A DNA stretch of 64,000 bases, taken from positions 72,570 to 136,569 of the IMG/VR virus record IMGVR_UViG_3300014204_000122, one strand, 5' to 3'. Shown here in pieces: positions 1 to 8,785 of this stretch (position 1 is its first letter; the number at the start of each line of letters is the position of its first letter). A model generated the notes under the pieces. That model was not told the origin of the DNA, searched no databases, and saw nothing but the letters and a program-made list of their open reading frames with translations. Origin of the DNA: a virus. Taxonomy: Duplodnaviria; Caudoviricetes. Position numbers and translations under genes: made by a program.

Positions 1-1157
1 ACTGTATTTATTATTTCAGCAAATTTAGCTGTTTCAAATTGATCTTTATATGTAGCAACTATTTCAAAATTATTTAAATTTATAACTACAAAAGTTGAAA
101 AGTCAGATCCGTCTCCTGTTGCAACGTCAGATACAAGAATATATTTACAACCTTCTTCATATTTCTTCCATTGCTTATAATTCTTCCATGGTCCACTTGT
201 TATTTCATTTAATTGTTTATATTCTTTTGCTAATATTTCTAAATCTCTAACTATTTCTGGATTTAAAACTTCTCCACCAGAACCGGCAAAACTACAATCT
301 AACTCACATCTAGTTTTTTTAGCTCCAAGAACTTTACTTTCTGCATCATACCAAGGGCTTCTTATTCTACCATCTCTAATAAAATTGTAATCTTCTCTAC
401 AAGTACATTTATATTTACGTCTATTTTTTATATTATTCATATCAGGCCATGTGTCACCCTTCATAAATTCTATATAACCACCTTCAGATTTAGCTTTATC
501 TTCTATCCATCTGTATTGACCTAAATTATAAATAGGGTGTTCTGTCCAATGTGCATTGATAATATTCCAGTTGTTTTCTTCCGCATTTGTATATTGCTCA
601 AAGTACCACCCCTGGCTTCCTTTTGGTGTTGAAATTACTATACACTTTCCTTGTGATCTAGTTAAAGTTAAACCAGCGGCAGCCCATATATCCTCCATCC
701 ACGATATGGCAGCGCAGTTACTACTTACAACTTCACTTGTATAATAAATACTATTTTTTTCAACATCGAGTAAATCAAATAACTCTACTTCACCTACCTT
801 TTTTCTTTTAGAAATTACTCTATCACCCGTAATAACTTCATCATTTTTTTTAAGTAAATAAGTGTATTTAAATTCTCCGTTTTTCATTAAAAACTTATGA
901 TATGGAGAACATTTTAATAAATTTCCATTACTAAACTTAATATGATAACAATATGGTTTAACTATTTTTTTAACTGAAGAAAAATTACTCCAACCTGTAG
1001 GAGTTAATACTTCCCAATCAGATATTTTTTTAACCTCTTTAGAAGATTGCGCATCTACATTATCAATATCAATAGTATTAAAATCTAACAATTCGTCGTT
1101 AACTTCTATAGATATATTATTATCTTTTATATGTTGTTGTAATTCATCGTAGTTCAT
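1..1157 (-). CDS. terL: Terminase large subunit, C-terminal fragment, with N-terminal split-intein IntC (717-1157); runs off window start
   Basis: Translated by hand (absent from ORF track): ATG 1157, MNYDELQ...WEVLTPTGWSNF...CSPYHKF...FDLLDVEKNSIYYTSEVVSSN/CAAISWMEDIW...CIVISTPKG...DVATGDGSDFS (ATPase motif III and RNase H-type nuclease motifs of T4 gp17-like TerL). Confidence 0.93.
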   Translation of the reverse strand, partial: MNYDELQQHIKDNNISIEVNDELLDFNTIDIDNVDAQSSKEVKKISDWEVLTPTGWSNFSSVKKIVKPYCYHIKFSNGNLLKCSPYHKFLMKNGEFKYTYLLKKNDEVITGDRVISKRKKVGEVELFDLLDVEKNSIYYTSEVVSSNCAAISWMEDIWAAAGLTLTRSQGKCIVISTPKGSQGWYFEQYTNAEENNWNIINAHWTEHPIYNLGQYRWIEDKAKSEGGYIEFMKGDTWPDMNNIKNRRKYKCTCREDYNFIRDGRIRSPWYDAESKVLGAKKTRCELDCSFAGSGGEVLNPEIVRDLEILAKEYKQLNEITSGPWKNYKQWKKYEEGCKYILVSDVATGDGSDFSTFVVINLNNFEIVATYKDQFETAKFAEIINT

Positions 1158-1298
1158 ATACTATATTATAGTTTTTTCTAAATATAATTTTTATTTAAAT
1201 AAGATAGAATTTAAATTGTTTTCTACAGTATTTTTTTTGTTTTTTAGATGATATCACTAAGATACATTATTTATATTTAAACAAGAAAAAAAATAATT

Positions 1299-1919
1299 TT
1301 ATTTGTATTTTTCTAAATAAAAAAGATCTTTTAAGTCGATTGTTTTTGTTTGTTTTGTAATTTTATTTCTTACAACTACTTGATTATCAACTGATTCGTC
1401 GATACATAAGAGTGAAATTGTGTCTCCTCTACATGCGTCAGGTTTATTTGCTTCGGCTAGTATTGTACTATCATTTTTTAATCCAAATGATTCTTTCGCA
1501 TTATTATTTTCATCATAATCTGGGATAAGCCACGGTGCTTTTTTTCTTGCCCCGTCTAAAAAATCTCTAACTCCTTTTAAAAACTTTTTAGATGTCTTTT
1601 TTTCTTGAGCTAATGCGTTAACTACTTTTTTTGATTTTGTAGCCATAAACCACGCTACATAGGCTTGAGCTACTGTAGTTAATCCTGTTTGACGAGTTTT
1701 CATAGTCATATTATAATCATATTCTTCAAAATCTTTAATTGCAACATTTTGATAGGGATAAGGATCAAATAAAGTTTCAACTCCTGTATTTGGATCTGTA
1801 AGAGGAAAATAATTAGTTATAGTATACAAAGGGTCATTCATACACTTTATATATTCATTAGTTAAAACTGTTACTCTTTCTTTCTCTGGTAATGTGTTTA
1901 AATATTCTAAAGTTAACAT
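1299..1919 (-). CDS. terL: Terminase large subunit, N-terminal ATPase fragment ending in a 31-aa split-intein IntN (1302-1394)
   Basis: PYPYQ Q-motif, KTRQTGLTT Walker A, RGDTISLLCIDE Walker B, followed by SVDNQVVVRNKITKQTKTIDLKDLFYLEKYK*. Confidence 0.93.
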   Translation of the reverse strand: MLTLEYLNTLPEKERVTVLTNEYIKCMNDPLYTITNYFPLTDPNTGVETLFDPYPYQNVAIKDFEEYDYNMTMKTRQTGLTTVAQAYVAWFMATKSKKVVNALAQEKKTSKKFLKGVRDFLDGARKKAPWLIPDYDENNNAKESFGLKNDSTILAEANKPDACRGDTISLLCIDESVDNQVVVRNKITKQTKTIDLKDLFYLEKYK

Positions 1920-1926
1920 ATTTTAT

Positions 1927-3888
1927 TTAAATGTATTTGTAAATATCATCTTCAACAGAAATTCCCCATGTTTCATCAGTAATATCGTTTGATAATTCTA
2001 TATTATTATATTCTTCATAGAACCATAATGAATATATTTGATTTTTTTTATCTTGAAATATAAAACCATAATCATAAAATACCATATCGTTATATCCTTC
2101 TTTAATATAATCTAATTCTTCAATTATTTCATAATTTTCATTTGCTTTAATAAGATTATAATTTTTTTCTATAAATTTTATTTTCTCTGTACTATTTGTG
2201 TTAATTACTGTTGAAAAAGGGTAAAGATTTCTGATTGCAGAATTAGTATTAGTAGGACCATCATAATAAACGGTTTTAGAATCTTCATCAATTTTAACAT
2301 GATCTTCAATAAATTTATTTTTTATAATATAATTTGAATATTTATTTATAAGATATTCTTCAACTTTTTCAGATACAGTTGGAATGAGAATCCAAACTAT
2401 TTTTTTTTCTTCGTCAACTTTAATTATTTTTTCTAATCTTTCATCTAATTTAATAGGTTTAATATATTTTGAATATGCCATTTGGCTATTTTCCAAAATA
2501 GGTGTTTTATTAATATTTTTATTATAATAATCTTCTAAATTTTCTTCAGATTCAAAATATTTAATTTCACTTTTAATTGGATTAAAATTAACCATTTCTC
2601 TTCCTTTAATAATTATACCATCATATCCTAGTTTTAACATTTCAACTTCAATAGTAGTATCTTTACGAAAATCTCTTTTGTCTTTATATTTTTTTGCTAT
2701 ATTACCCCAAAACCAAATTTCCCAATCATTTAATGTATTAAAAGTTTTAGGGTTTTTAGGAATAGCACCTAATACAAAATGAATCTTACCAAAAGGTTTA
2801 GCCATTTGATGATTAGATAAACAAGCTGTATATAAACCATCTCCTAACATTGCTCCACCACCGTTAGGGACTCCTTTTTCTCTCATTCCTCTAACTGTAA
2901 CGTTTTTACGTTTCCATTTTAAATAATCAGAGTGAACATCTTCTAATAAATTTTCTTTTTTTAATAAAGATGTATGTTGTATAGTTTTTTCTCCATCTTT
3001 AGTAGGTTCAGAATAAACTATTTTTTCAGGATTAACTACATATGTTTGATCTTTAAACATATCAATATATTTTTGTCCCTTTCCAGATTTTAAATAAGCT
3101 ATTGTCGAATGTGGATTGTAATCAGGATAATCAGAATGATAAGGAAAAATATCTGTTAATTTTTTATTTATTGAATTTAAAATATTTTTTTTAGAATTAT
3201 GCTCTCTACATTCAAATTTTAAAACATCATATTCTTTATTCTCAAAACATGATATATTATATAATTCTAAAGCTGGTATTTTAAATTCCAAAATACAATC
3301 AATTATATCTTTATAACTTTCTATTTCTTTTGTTTTAAATCCATATAATAATGTTGTGTGTGGTTCAGTCTCTAAACCAAAAGTAGGTTTGTCATATATA
3401 TCTTCAGTATTTATTTTTTTTTGAATTTCTTTTAATTTATCAAAATTAAAAAACAACATAGCACATCCATATTCATATTTAGGCTTAGTTCTTTCTTCTA
3501 ATAATACTTTTTTATTAGTAAGTTTCTCTAACATTTCTACCATTGTTTTAACCTTTGATGGATTAAAACTTGATTTCACAGTGGTTGATACTAAATCTTT
3601 TCTAATATATCTTTGTATTTTATCATCTAGATAATTTTTATCTTGTTTAGAAATTTTCTTTTTAATTATTCTTTCTATAATGTCAATAAGAGTTCTAGAA
3701 TATGTTGAAGGTGAAATATTTCCTTTATTTACTCCAGTTCCTAATTTAATCATCTTGTTTTGATCTTTTTCATTTAAATTCCCAATAGTATTAGCTTCTG
3801 GTATAGTTCTTTTAACGGCAGCCATTGCTATATTTAATATAACAAATCCTTGGTTATCATCTGAGGGAATAGGATAATTAATATTCAT
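1927..3888 (-). CDS. Multidomain protein with Acb1/T4 57B-like 2H phosphoesterase, possible ART-like domain and internal tag copy
   Basis: YGCAML...EPHTTLLYG...YNPHSTIAY (two HxT/S motifs); RG...GDGLY...GYDGII..REMV segment; LEKLTNKKVLLEE before the 2H domain. Confidence 0.75.
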   Translation of the reverse strand: MNINYPIPSDDNQGFVILNIAMAAVKRTIPEANTIGNLNEKDQNKMIKLGTGVNKGNISPSTYSRTLIDIIERIIKKKISKQDKNYLDDKIQRYIRKDLVSTTVKSSFNPSKVKTMVEMLEKLTNKKVLLEERTKPKYEYGCAMLFFNFDKLKEIQKKINTEDIYDKPTFGLETEPHTTLLYGFKTKEIESYKDIIDCILEFKIPALELYNISCFENKEYDVLKFECREHNSKKNILNSINKKLTDIFPYHSDYPDYNPHSTIAYLKSGKGQKYIDMFKDQTYVVNPEKIVYSEPTKDGEKTIQHTSLLKKENLLEDVHSDYLKWKRKNVTVRGMREKGVPNGGGAMLGDGLYTACLSNHQMAKPFGKIHFVLGAIPKNPKTFNTLNDWEIWFWGNIAKKYKDKRDFRKDTTIEVEMLKLGYDGIIIKGREMVNFNPIKSEIKYFESEENLEDYYNKNINKTPILENSQMAYSKYIKPIKLDERLEKIIKVDEEKKIVWILIPTVSEKVEEYLINKYSNYIIKNKFIEDHVKIDEDSKTVYYDGPTNTNSAIRNLYPFSTVINTNSTEKIKFIEKNYNLIKANENYEIIEELDYIKEGYNDMVFYDYGFIFQDKKNQIYSLWFYEEYNNIELSNDITDETWGISVEDDIYKYI

Positions 3889-3892
3889 TGTT

Positions 3893-4330
3893 TTATTTAT
3901 CTTCTAATAATACTTTTTTGTTAGTAAATTTTTCTAGTTTTTCTATTAAAACTTCTAGATTTTTATTAAAATTTTCAACATAAATATATTTTTTTACATT
4001 ACTATGCTCTTCTATCTCTTTTTTCGTAAATATAAGCGCATTAGAAGCAATATTAAATGTTCCGCCTACTTCTCTAGGGCAATTTTCTAAACTCTTTAAA
4101 TCATTATTAAACACATTAAAATCGCCTGTGACAGAAATAAAATTAACAGGAATTTCTTTTAAACTGCAATTAGGAAGCTCTATACTGCCATTAACTCTAA
4201 CTTGATAATCAGAATAATAATCTTTTAATATATTTAATTGTTCTAACTCTATATTTCCTTTATATAATAGTTCATTGTGGATTTTATCACTAGTTATAGT
4301 AACATTTTGATCAAAAATTTCTTTTTTCAT
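3893..4330 (-). CDS. LRR-like (CPxxVxGxF) repeat protein with C-terminal degenerate tag
   Basis: LKSLENCPREVGGTF; ends LIEKLEKFTNKKVLLEDK; ATG 4330 preferred over the track start 4381; paralog of 63527-64000. Confidence 0.7.
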   Translation of the reverse strand: MKKEIFDQNVTITSDKIHNELLYKGNIELEQLNILKDYYSDYQVRVNGSIELPNCSLKEIPVNFISVTGDFNVFNNDLKSLENCPREVGGTFNIASNALIFTKKEIEEHSNVKKYIYVENFNKNLEVLIEKLEKFTNKKVLLEDK

Positions 4331-4461
4331 TTTAAATTTGTTTTTTAAAAGTAAAGGTGGCGCTTTTAAACAGACAACCACCTTTTTAACTCATTAAGCT
4401 CATAACCATAATTAAATATTAAAAAAAATAAAAAAATTATATATTTAAAAATAAAATTAAC

Positions 4462-5121
4462 ATGAAAGAGATACAATTAGCCAAAATACTTGTAGATTAT
4501 TACGAAAACAAAGGATATGAATGTTATAAAGAAGTGAGTTCATCAGGTAGTGGTGGATCTAAAAGAGCTGATTGTTATTTTATAAAAAAAGAAAATGGAG
4601 AAATAATTGATTCTTTTTCAGTTGAAACTAAAATGACACTGGGATTAAATGTTATAGAACAAGCTTATAAGTGGAAACCTCAAGCAAAACGTGTATATGT
4701 GGGAGTTCCTCGATTGAAAAGAAAACCTGTAAAAGCAAGAAAGTTTGCAATGTTTGTTTGCAATAAATTAGGCATAGGTATTATTGAAATAGCAAAAGGA
4801 GATATTAAAATTATACAAGAGGTAGAAGATAATTTAAAATATAAAATGCCACCATTATATGAAGAACAAAAAAAATCTAAAGCAGGAAATGCAAAATCTC
4901 AATTTTTTACAAAATATAAAAAAACTATAGCTAATATAGATAAATTTATGAAAGACAAAAAAGAATATAGTTTAAAAGATTTATTAAATCAAATAGAACA
5001 TCATTATTCAAATAATCTTTCAGCACATGGATGTATAATAAAGTATATTAAAAAGGGAATTATAAAAAATTATACTACTAAAAGAGGAAATAAGTGTATA
5101 ATGTTAGTTAAAATTAAATAA
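4462..5121 (+). CDS. Putative PD-(D/E)XK nuclease (DUF2161/MmcB-like)
   Basis: EV...RAD...VETK...QA motif spacing, GIGII. Confidence 0.6.
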   Translation: MKEIQLAKILVDYYENKGYECYKEVSSSGSGGSKRADCYFIKKENGEIIDSFSVETKMTLGLNVIEQAYKWKPQAKRVYVGVPRLKRKPVKARKFAMFVCNKLGIGIIEIAKGDIKIIQEVEDNLKYKMPPLYEEQKKSKAGNAKSQFFTKYKKTIANIDKFMKDKKEYSLKDLLNQIEHHYSNNLSAHGCIIKYIKKGIIKNYTTKRGNKCIMLVKIK

Positions 5122-5204
5122 GTTCCCACGACAGGATTCAAACCCGCATTTTCAACATTCAATTACGTATACTTGATCCGTATTCAAGCTCGGTTACGTA
5201 GGAA
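5122..5204 (-). ncRNA. Non-canonical tRNA-like element (8-bp acceptor, T arm, no D stem, hairpin with ACG loop)
   Basis: TTCCTACG/CGTGGGAA acceptor, GCGGG-TTTGAAT-CCTGT T arm, CTTGA-ATACGGA-TCAAG hairpin. Confidence 0.55.
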
Positions 5205-5217
5205 TAAAAATAAAAAG

Positions 5218-5313
5218 TCTAGTGTGAGGGATTCGAACCCTCGGATAATACTACCTGTGTACCACCGCACGCTTCCAAGACGTGCATCTTAAACCTAACT
5301 CGACCAACACTAG
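5218..5313 (-). tRNA. tRNA-Pro(TGG) with long variable arm
   Basis: C1-G72, A73; CACGT-CTTGGAA-GCGTG anticodon arm; long variable region. Confidence 0.8.
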
Positions 5314-5323
5314 TTATAATTAG

Positions 5324-5395
5324 TAGCCCTAGATTGATTCGAACAATCATCAAGTCATTCGTAGTGACCCATTCTATCCGTTGAACTATAGAGCC
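5324..5395 (-). tRNA. tRNA-Arg(ACG)
   Basis: Cloverleaf; GGTCA-CTACGAA-TGACT. Confidence 0.92.
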
Positions 5396-5404
5396 TCAAA
5401 TTTG

Positions 5405-5489
5405 CTGATTAGGTACGACTCGAACGTACAAGCTCTTTACGAGCACTTGCTTCAAAGACAAGTGTGTTTACCAATTCCACCACTAATCA
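5405..5489 (-). tRNA. tRNA-Gln(TTG) with long variable arm
   Basis: U1-A72, G73; CTTGT-CTTTGAA-GCAAG; GCTC-GTAAA-GAGC variable arm; Leu-like D arm. Confidence 0.85.
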
Positions 5490-5495
5490 ATATTG

Positions 5496-5568
5496 TATCC
5501 ATAGATGGGTTTGAACCACCGACCGCCAAGGTATAAGCTTGGAACTCTGACCACTGAGTTATATGGAT
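5496..5568 (-). tRNA. tRNA-Ile(TAT)
   Basis: CCAAG-CTTATAC-CTTGG. Confidence 0.9.
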
Positions 5569-5591
5569 ATATTTCAATTAACTTAATCTAG

Positions 5592-5666
5592 TCGAGGTGG
5601 TGAGATTTGAACTCACGAACCGACGTTTCCAGGACGCCGTTGTATAACCATCTGCATAACACCTCG
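5592..5666 (-). tRNA. tRNA-Pro(TGG), atypical (C33, weak D arm)
   Basis: C1-G72, A73; GGCGT-CCTGGAA-ACGTC. Confidence 0.75.
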
Positions 5667-5679
5667 TTATATTTTTTTG

Positions 5680-5750
5680 TTGTCTTACAAGGATTCGAAC
5701 CTTGAATACCTGGATCAAAACCAGATGTGTTACCATTACACTATAAGACA
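5680..5750 (-). tRNA. tRNA-Gln(TTG)
   Basis: TCTGG-TTTTGAT-CCAGG; U1-A72. Confidence 0.92.
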
Positions 5751-5822
5751 ATATATTTTAAAATCTAATTCTATGTTTCTCTGTCTATCGATCCTTTAAA
5801 TTAGTAACGGTCTCCTGTATCG

Positions 5823-5898
5823 TCTAGGTAGTGAAATTTGAATTCACGTGCTCTGCATCCCAAATGCAGCGAGATAAACCTGACTCCTCTATACCTAG
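5823..5898 (-). tRNA. tRNA-Pro(TGG)
   Basis: CTGCA-TTTGGGA-TGCAG; C1-G72. Confidence 0.9.
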
Positions 5899-5921
5899 TT
5901 ATATATTTTTAAATTTTAAGC

Positions 5922-5958
5922 AAAAAAAAATCTCAATCAAATTACTGATTGAGATTTT
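5922..5958 (-). terminator. Attenuator terminator upstream of tRNA operon 1
   Basis: AAAATCTCAATCA-GTAATT-TGATTGAGA followed by T9 on the minus strand. Confidence 0.88.
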
Positions 5959-5990
5959 CTATTAAAATATGAAATATTAACGTAAAACTT

Positions 5991-6080
5991 TTAAATTTTA
6001 ATATTCAATTTTAAACATGACTCAATCAGGCTGCTTCTGCGCGGCTGTTGAGGTATTTGTATGTTTAAAATTGCGTTCAT
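5991..6080 (-). CDS. Attenuator leader peptide 1, MNAILNIQIPQQPRRSSLIESCLKLNIKI (Ile-AUA/Gln/Pro/Arg-CGN sensor)
   Basis: Run ATA CAA ATA CCT CAA CAG CCG CGC; contains CTGATTGAG complementary to the terminator 5' arm CTCAATCAG. Confidence 0.85.
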   Translation of the reverse strand: MNAILNIQIPQQPRRSSLIESCLKLNIKI

Positions 6081-6094
6081 TTTGTTTATTTTAT

Positions 6095-6193
6095 TTTTAA
6101 ATATTACTTTTTTATTTATTTATTATTAATATAAGAAATTATTTTTGTTTTATTTCTATTTTGATACCCTAAAGATATATTTTTTTATAATAC
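6095..6193 (-). promoter_or_regulatory. Promoter cassette of tRNA operon 1 (99-bp near-identical repeat of 9555-9653)
   Basis: 3 mismatches to 9555-9653; contains TATCTTTAG, TTCTTATATTAATAAT and TATTTAAA boxes also upstream of operon 3. Confidence 0.75.
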
Positions 6194-6197
6194 AAAC

Positions 6198-6611
6198 CTA
6201 ATATTTTGAATTATTTTTTAACACTATACCATTTTTATAAACTTCATACTCATAAAAACGAGGTAATCCATATTTTAGAGCTTCTGCTAAATCTGTCCAT
6301 TCTTCTTCAGAAACCATATCATCTGGATAAGAAAAATTACCTTTTAAATGAGCAGGTATAGGTCTTAAATTAACTAAAACTAATTCACCTTCACCACCTT
6401 TAACATCTATTGCTAATTCTTCTGTGCTCCAATCTGATTTAGTATCGATAATTTCTTCAACTCTATCACGAATTTCTTTTTGTGTATAAATTTTAGGTGT
6501 TGGAGGATCAGGAAACATATCTTCTTTCAAAATTATTTTTTTTCCTGAAATTCTTTGTAATTTTTCAGTAAGCAATTGTATCTCTAATTGTTTTTCCTTT
6601 TCTGATTTCAT
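6198..6611 (-). CDS. Tagged hypothetical protein (MKSEKEKQLE leader)
   Basis: N-terminal 30-aa tag, unique C-terminus. Confidence 0.85.
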   Translation of the reverse strand: MKSEKEKQLEIQLLTEKLQRISGKKIILKEDMFPDPPTPKIYTQKEIRDRVEEIIDTKSDWSTEELAIDVKGGEGELVLVNLRPIPAHLKGNFSYPDDMVSEEEWTDLAEALKYGLPRFYEYEVYKNGIVLKNNSKY

Positions 6612-6612
6612 T

Positions 6613-6999
6613 CTATTTTTCTTCTATATCTTCAATTTCTACATCACTATTTTCAAAATCTATAGGTTCTACACTTATTTGTGGTTGAGTTTCTTCTCCC
6701 TCTAATGCTTTATCAACACTGATAATTTCACAAGAAACTATGTTAGTGAATACTTTTAATCTTTTATCAATTGCATTTTTAAGTTCTTCTTCTGAAGGTT
6801 CAAGATTATTTGTAATTATAATTTTACCTTCAATAAGAGTAGGTTCAAACCCTTCAAATAAAACAGATACTTTAAATAAATAAGTAATATTGTTCCAATA
6901 ACTATTCATTTCTGTAAAAACTACTTTCTTGCCAGATATTCTTTGAATTTTTTCTGTAAGTAATTGTATCTCTAATTGTTTTTCTTTTTCTGTTTTCAT
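6613..6999 (-). CDS. Tagged hypothetical protein
   Basis: N-terminal tag MKTEKEKQLE...VVFTE. Confidence 0.85.
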   Translation of the reverse strand: MKTEKEKQLEIQLLTEKIQRISGKKVVFTEMNSYWNNITYLFKVSVLFEGFEPTLIEGKIIITNNLEPSEEELKNAIDKRLKVFTNIVSCEIISVDKALEGEETQPQISVEPIDFENSDVEIEDIEEK

Positions 7000-7011
7000 T
7001 ATTGTTTATAG

Positions 7012-7269
7012 TTATACAGTTATTTTATTCCAAAAATCATTTAATTTTTTATCTGCACCCACTGCTAATTGAATTATGTCTTTAGATATAGGTCCTCCTA
7101 TGATTTTAGCTGATTCTATAATGGCTTTTAATTTTTCTGCTACTATTAAAATATCTTTTATATTATTAGTGGCTTCGTTTTCTTTTAAAACTACTTTCTT
7201 GCCAGATATTCTTTGGATCTTTTCAGTAAGTAATTGAATTTCTAATTGTTTTTCTTTTTCTGTTTTCAT
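7012..7269 (-). CDS. Tagged hypothetical protein
   Basis: N-terminal tag. Confidence 0.85.
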   Translation of the reverse strand: MKTEKEKQLEIQLLTEKIQRISGKKVVLKENEATNNIKDILIVAEKLKAIIESAKIIGGPISKDIIQLAVGADKKLNDFWNKITV

Positions 7270-7275
7270 TATTAA

Positions 7276-7692
7276 TTAAATACTGATTGTTTTTACTTCT
7301 TGAATATTTAGTTTTCCTGGAACTACTATAAAAGTAACATTTTCACAAGTCCATTTATCATAATCATCGAATGATTCATGTTTGCACTCTTCAATAAGCT
7401 CTAAAGCATCTTCTGATTCTTTTTTATCTATAAGAGTTAAAAAATTAAGTAAGGCAATTTTTCTATTGATTCCTTTTACATAACTTATTTCTGAAACGTC
7501 TGCATTTCCTGAATTAGATTGTGAATAAACAGTAAATATTTTTTCTTCTTCTTGAGGTTCTCCTGGTTCCATAAGTTCTTCGATAATATCTTTGTCTTCA
7601 CTTTCTGTAAAAACCACTTTCTTGCCAGATATTCTTTGAATTTTTTCTGTAAGTAATTGTATCTCTAATTGTTTTTCTTTTTCTGATTTCAT
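7276..7692 (-). CDS. Tagged hypothetical protein
   Basis: N-terminal tag. Confidence 0.85.
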   Translation of the reverse strand: MKSEKEKQLEIQLLTEKIQRISGKKVVFTESEDKDIIEELMEPGEPQEEEKIFTVYSQSNSGNADVSEISYVKGINRKIALLNFLTLIDKKESEDALELIEECKHESFDDYDKWTCENVTFIVVPGKLNIQEVKTISI

Positions 7693-7727
7693 TTTATTTA
7701 TATTTTAATTATTTACTTTAAATATAA

Positions 7728-8351
7728 TTAATTTGGTTTTCCTACTAAAATTTTATAATGTTTTTCACCTGCAATGTCTCTTAAATACCAGCCTTCTTTT
7801 ATATTAGATCCTTTAGGATTCTCTCCAACCCATGTTACTTTCTTTCCTAATACTTGTTCTACTTCTTGTTGATTGTTTATAATAGGTACATTATATCTTT
7901 CTAGAACTTTCATTATTCTATTATCAACTTCACAATAAAAACCTTGATTCTTTACTTTATTTGCAGCTCTTTCAAAATAAGATATAATAGAAGCTCTTGC
8001 TCCATCGTGTCCTACTCCTACTAATTTAATACCGTGTTTAGTATTTTTTCCAAAATATAATACATCTATATCAGGATCTTGATCTATATCTACTACTTCT
8101 ACATAAGAAAAATCATCATTTGATAAAATATCATTTGTTGACTTTATATTACTATGACCTCCAATTTGAGAATATGCTATATTAATAAGTTCAAGAAATT
8201 CATCTACTAGTTCTGGGTGAGATTTTATATTGATTTTCTCCCACTCATGTTTTTTTAATCCTAATTTTGATGATTCTTTTTCTATAAGAATGACTTTGCT
8301 TTTAGAAATTTTTTCTAATTTTTCAATTAATAATTGTAAAATAGGTTTCAT
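7728..8351 (-). CDS. Hypothetical protein with degenerate tag
   Basis: Starts MKPILQLLIEKLEKISKSKVILIE. Confidence 0.8.
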   Translation of the reverse strand: MKPILQLLIEKLEKISKSKVILIEKESSKLGLKKHEWEKINIKSHPELVDEFLELINIAYSQIGGHSNIKSTNDILSNDDFSYVEVVDIDQDPDIDVLYFGKNTKHGIKLVGVGHDGARASIISYFERAANKVKNQGFYCEVDNRIMKVLERYNVPIINNQQEVEQVLGKKVTWVGENPKGSNIKEGWYLRDIAGEKHYKILVGKPN

Positions 8352-8416
8352 TTATAGCATTTTATTATAAATATAGGAAAGTAAAATATAAAAATTAAAT
8401 TTTATAATATTTTTTG

Positions 8417-8499
8417 TACTCTAGGTCAGACTCGAACTGACACGCTTGAGGGCGACGACGCTTAAAATCGTTGTGTACTACCAATTTCACCACTAGAGC
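8417..8499 (-). tRNA. tRNA-Leu(TAA)
   Basis: ACGAT-TTTAAGC-GTCGT; class II body. Confidence 0.88.
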
Positions 8500-8504
8500 A
8501 TTTG

Positions 8505-8586
8505 TGATCTAAGAGAGATTTGAACTCTCACTATTTACATAATTAGCTTCTTAAACTAACGTGTCTACCAATTCCACCATTAGACC
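8505..8586 (-). tRNA. tRNA-Leu(AAG)
   Basis: TTAGT-TTAAGAA-GCTAA; Leu-type D arm, A73. Confidence 0.8.
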
Positions 8587-8594
8587 ATATTTTG

Positions 8595-8684
8595 CGGAAG
8601 ATGAGGGGGTCGAACCCTCGTAACGGTTTTTAAGCGTCCTAATTGTTTAGCAAACAATCCTCTTTACCATTTGAGTAACCTTCC
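8595..8684 (-). tRNA. tRNA-Ser(GCT)
   Basis: ATTGT-TTGCTAA-ACAAT; G73; long variable arm. Confidence 0.92.
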
Positions 8685-8696
8685 ATTTTATTTTTG

Positions 8697-8771
8697 TAGA
8701 TTAGAAGGGAGTCGAACCCTCACTGAATAGTTTCTAAAACTATTGCCTCTTAACCATTGGGCTACTAATCC
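8697..8771 (-). tRNA. tRNA-Leu(TAG), short variable loop
   Basis: ATAGT-TTTAGAA-ACTAT. Confidence 0.87.
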
Positions 8772-8785
8772 ATTTATATTTTTTG

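Noticed and set aside
556-744. 62-aa plus-strand ORF
   Set aside because: Antisense shadow of the terminase C-terminal gene
1395-1406. Intein starting at the Cys of LLCIDE
   Set aside because: That would remove the Walker B DE; a Ser1 junction restores the conserved IDE-CA motif
5751-5822. tRNA-associated theta (HDV-like) ribozymes or tmRNA in operon spacers
   Set aside because: I could not build the nested double pseudoknot or tmRNA ends by eye; an Infernal search would be needed to exclude them
5922-6080. T-box riboswitch as the tRNA-operon control
   Set aside because: No UGGNACC T-box bulge or stem I in any leader; codon-matched ORFs explain the structure better
6198-7692. Tag repeats as a mobile element, DGR or integron cassette array
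   Set aside because: No terminal repeats, attC-like sites, RT or integrase; variation is mainly synonymous, pointing to protein-level selection
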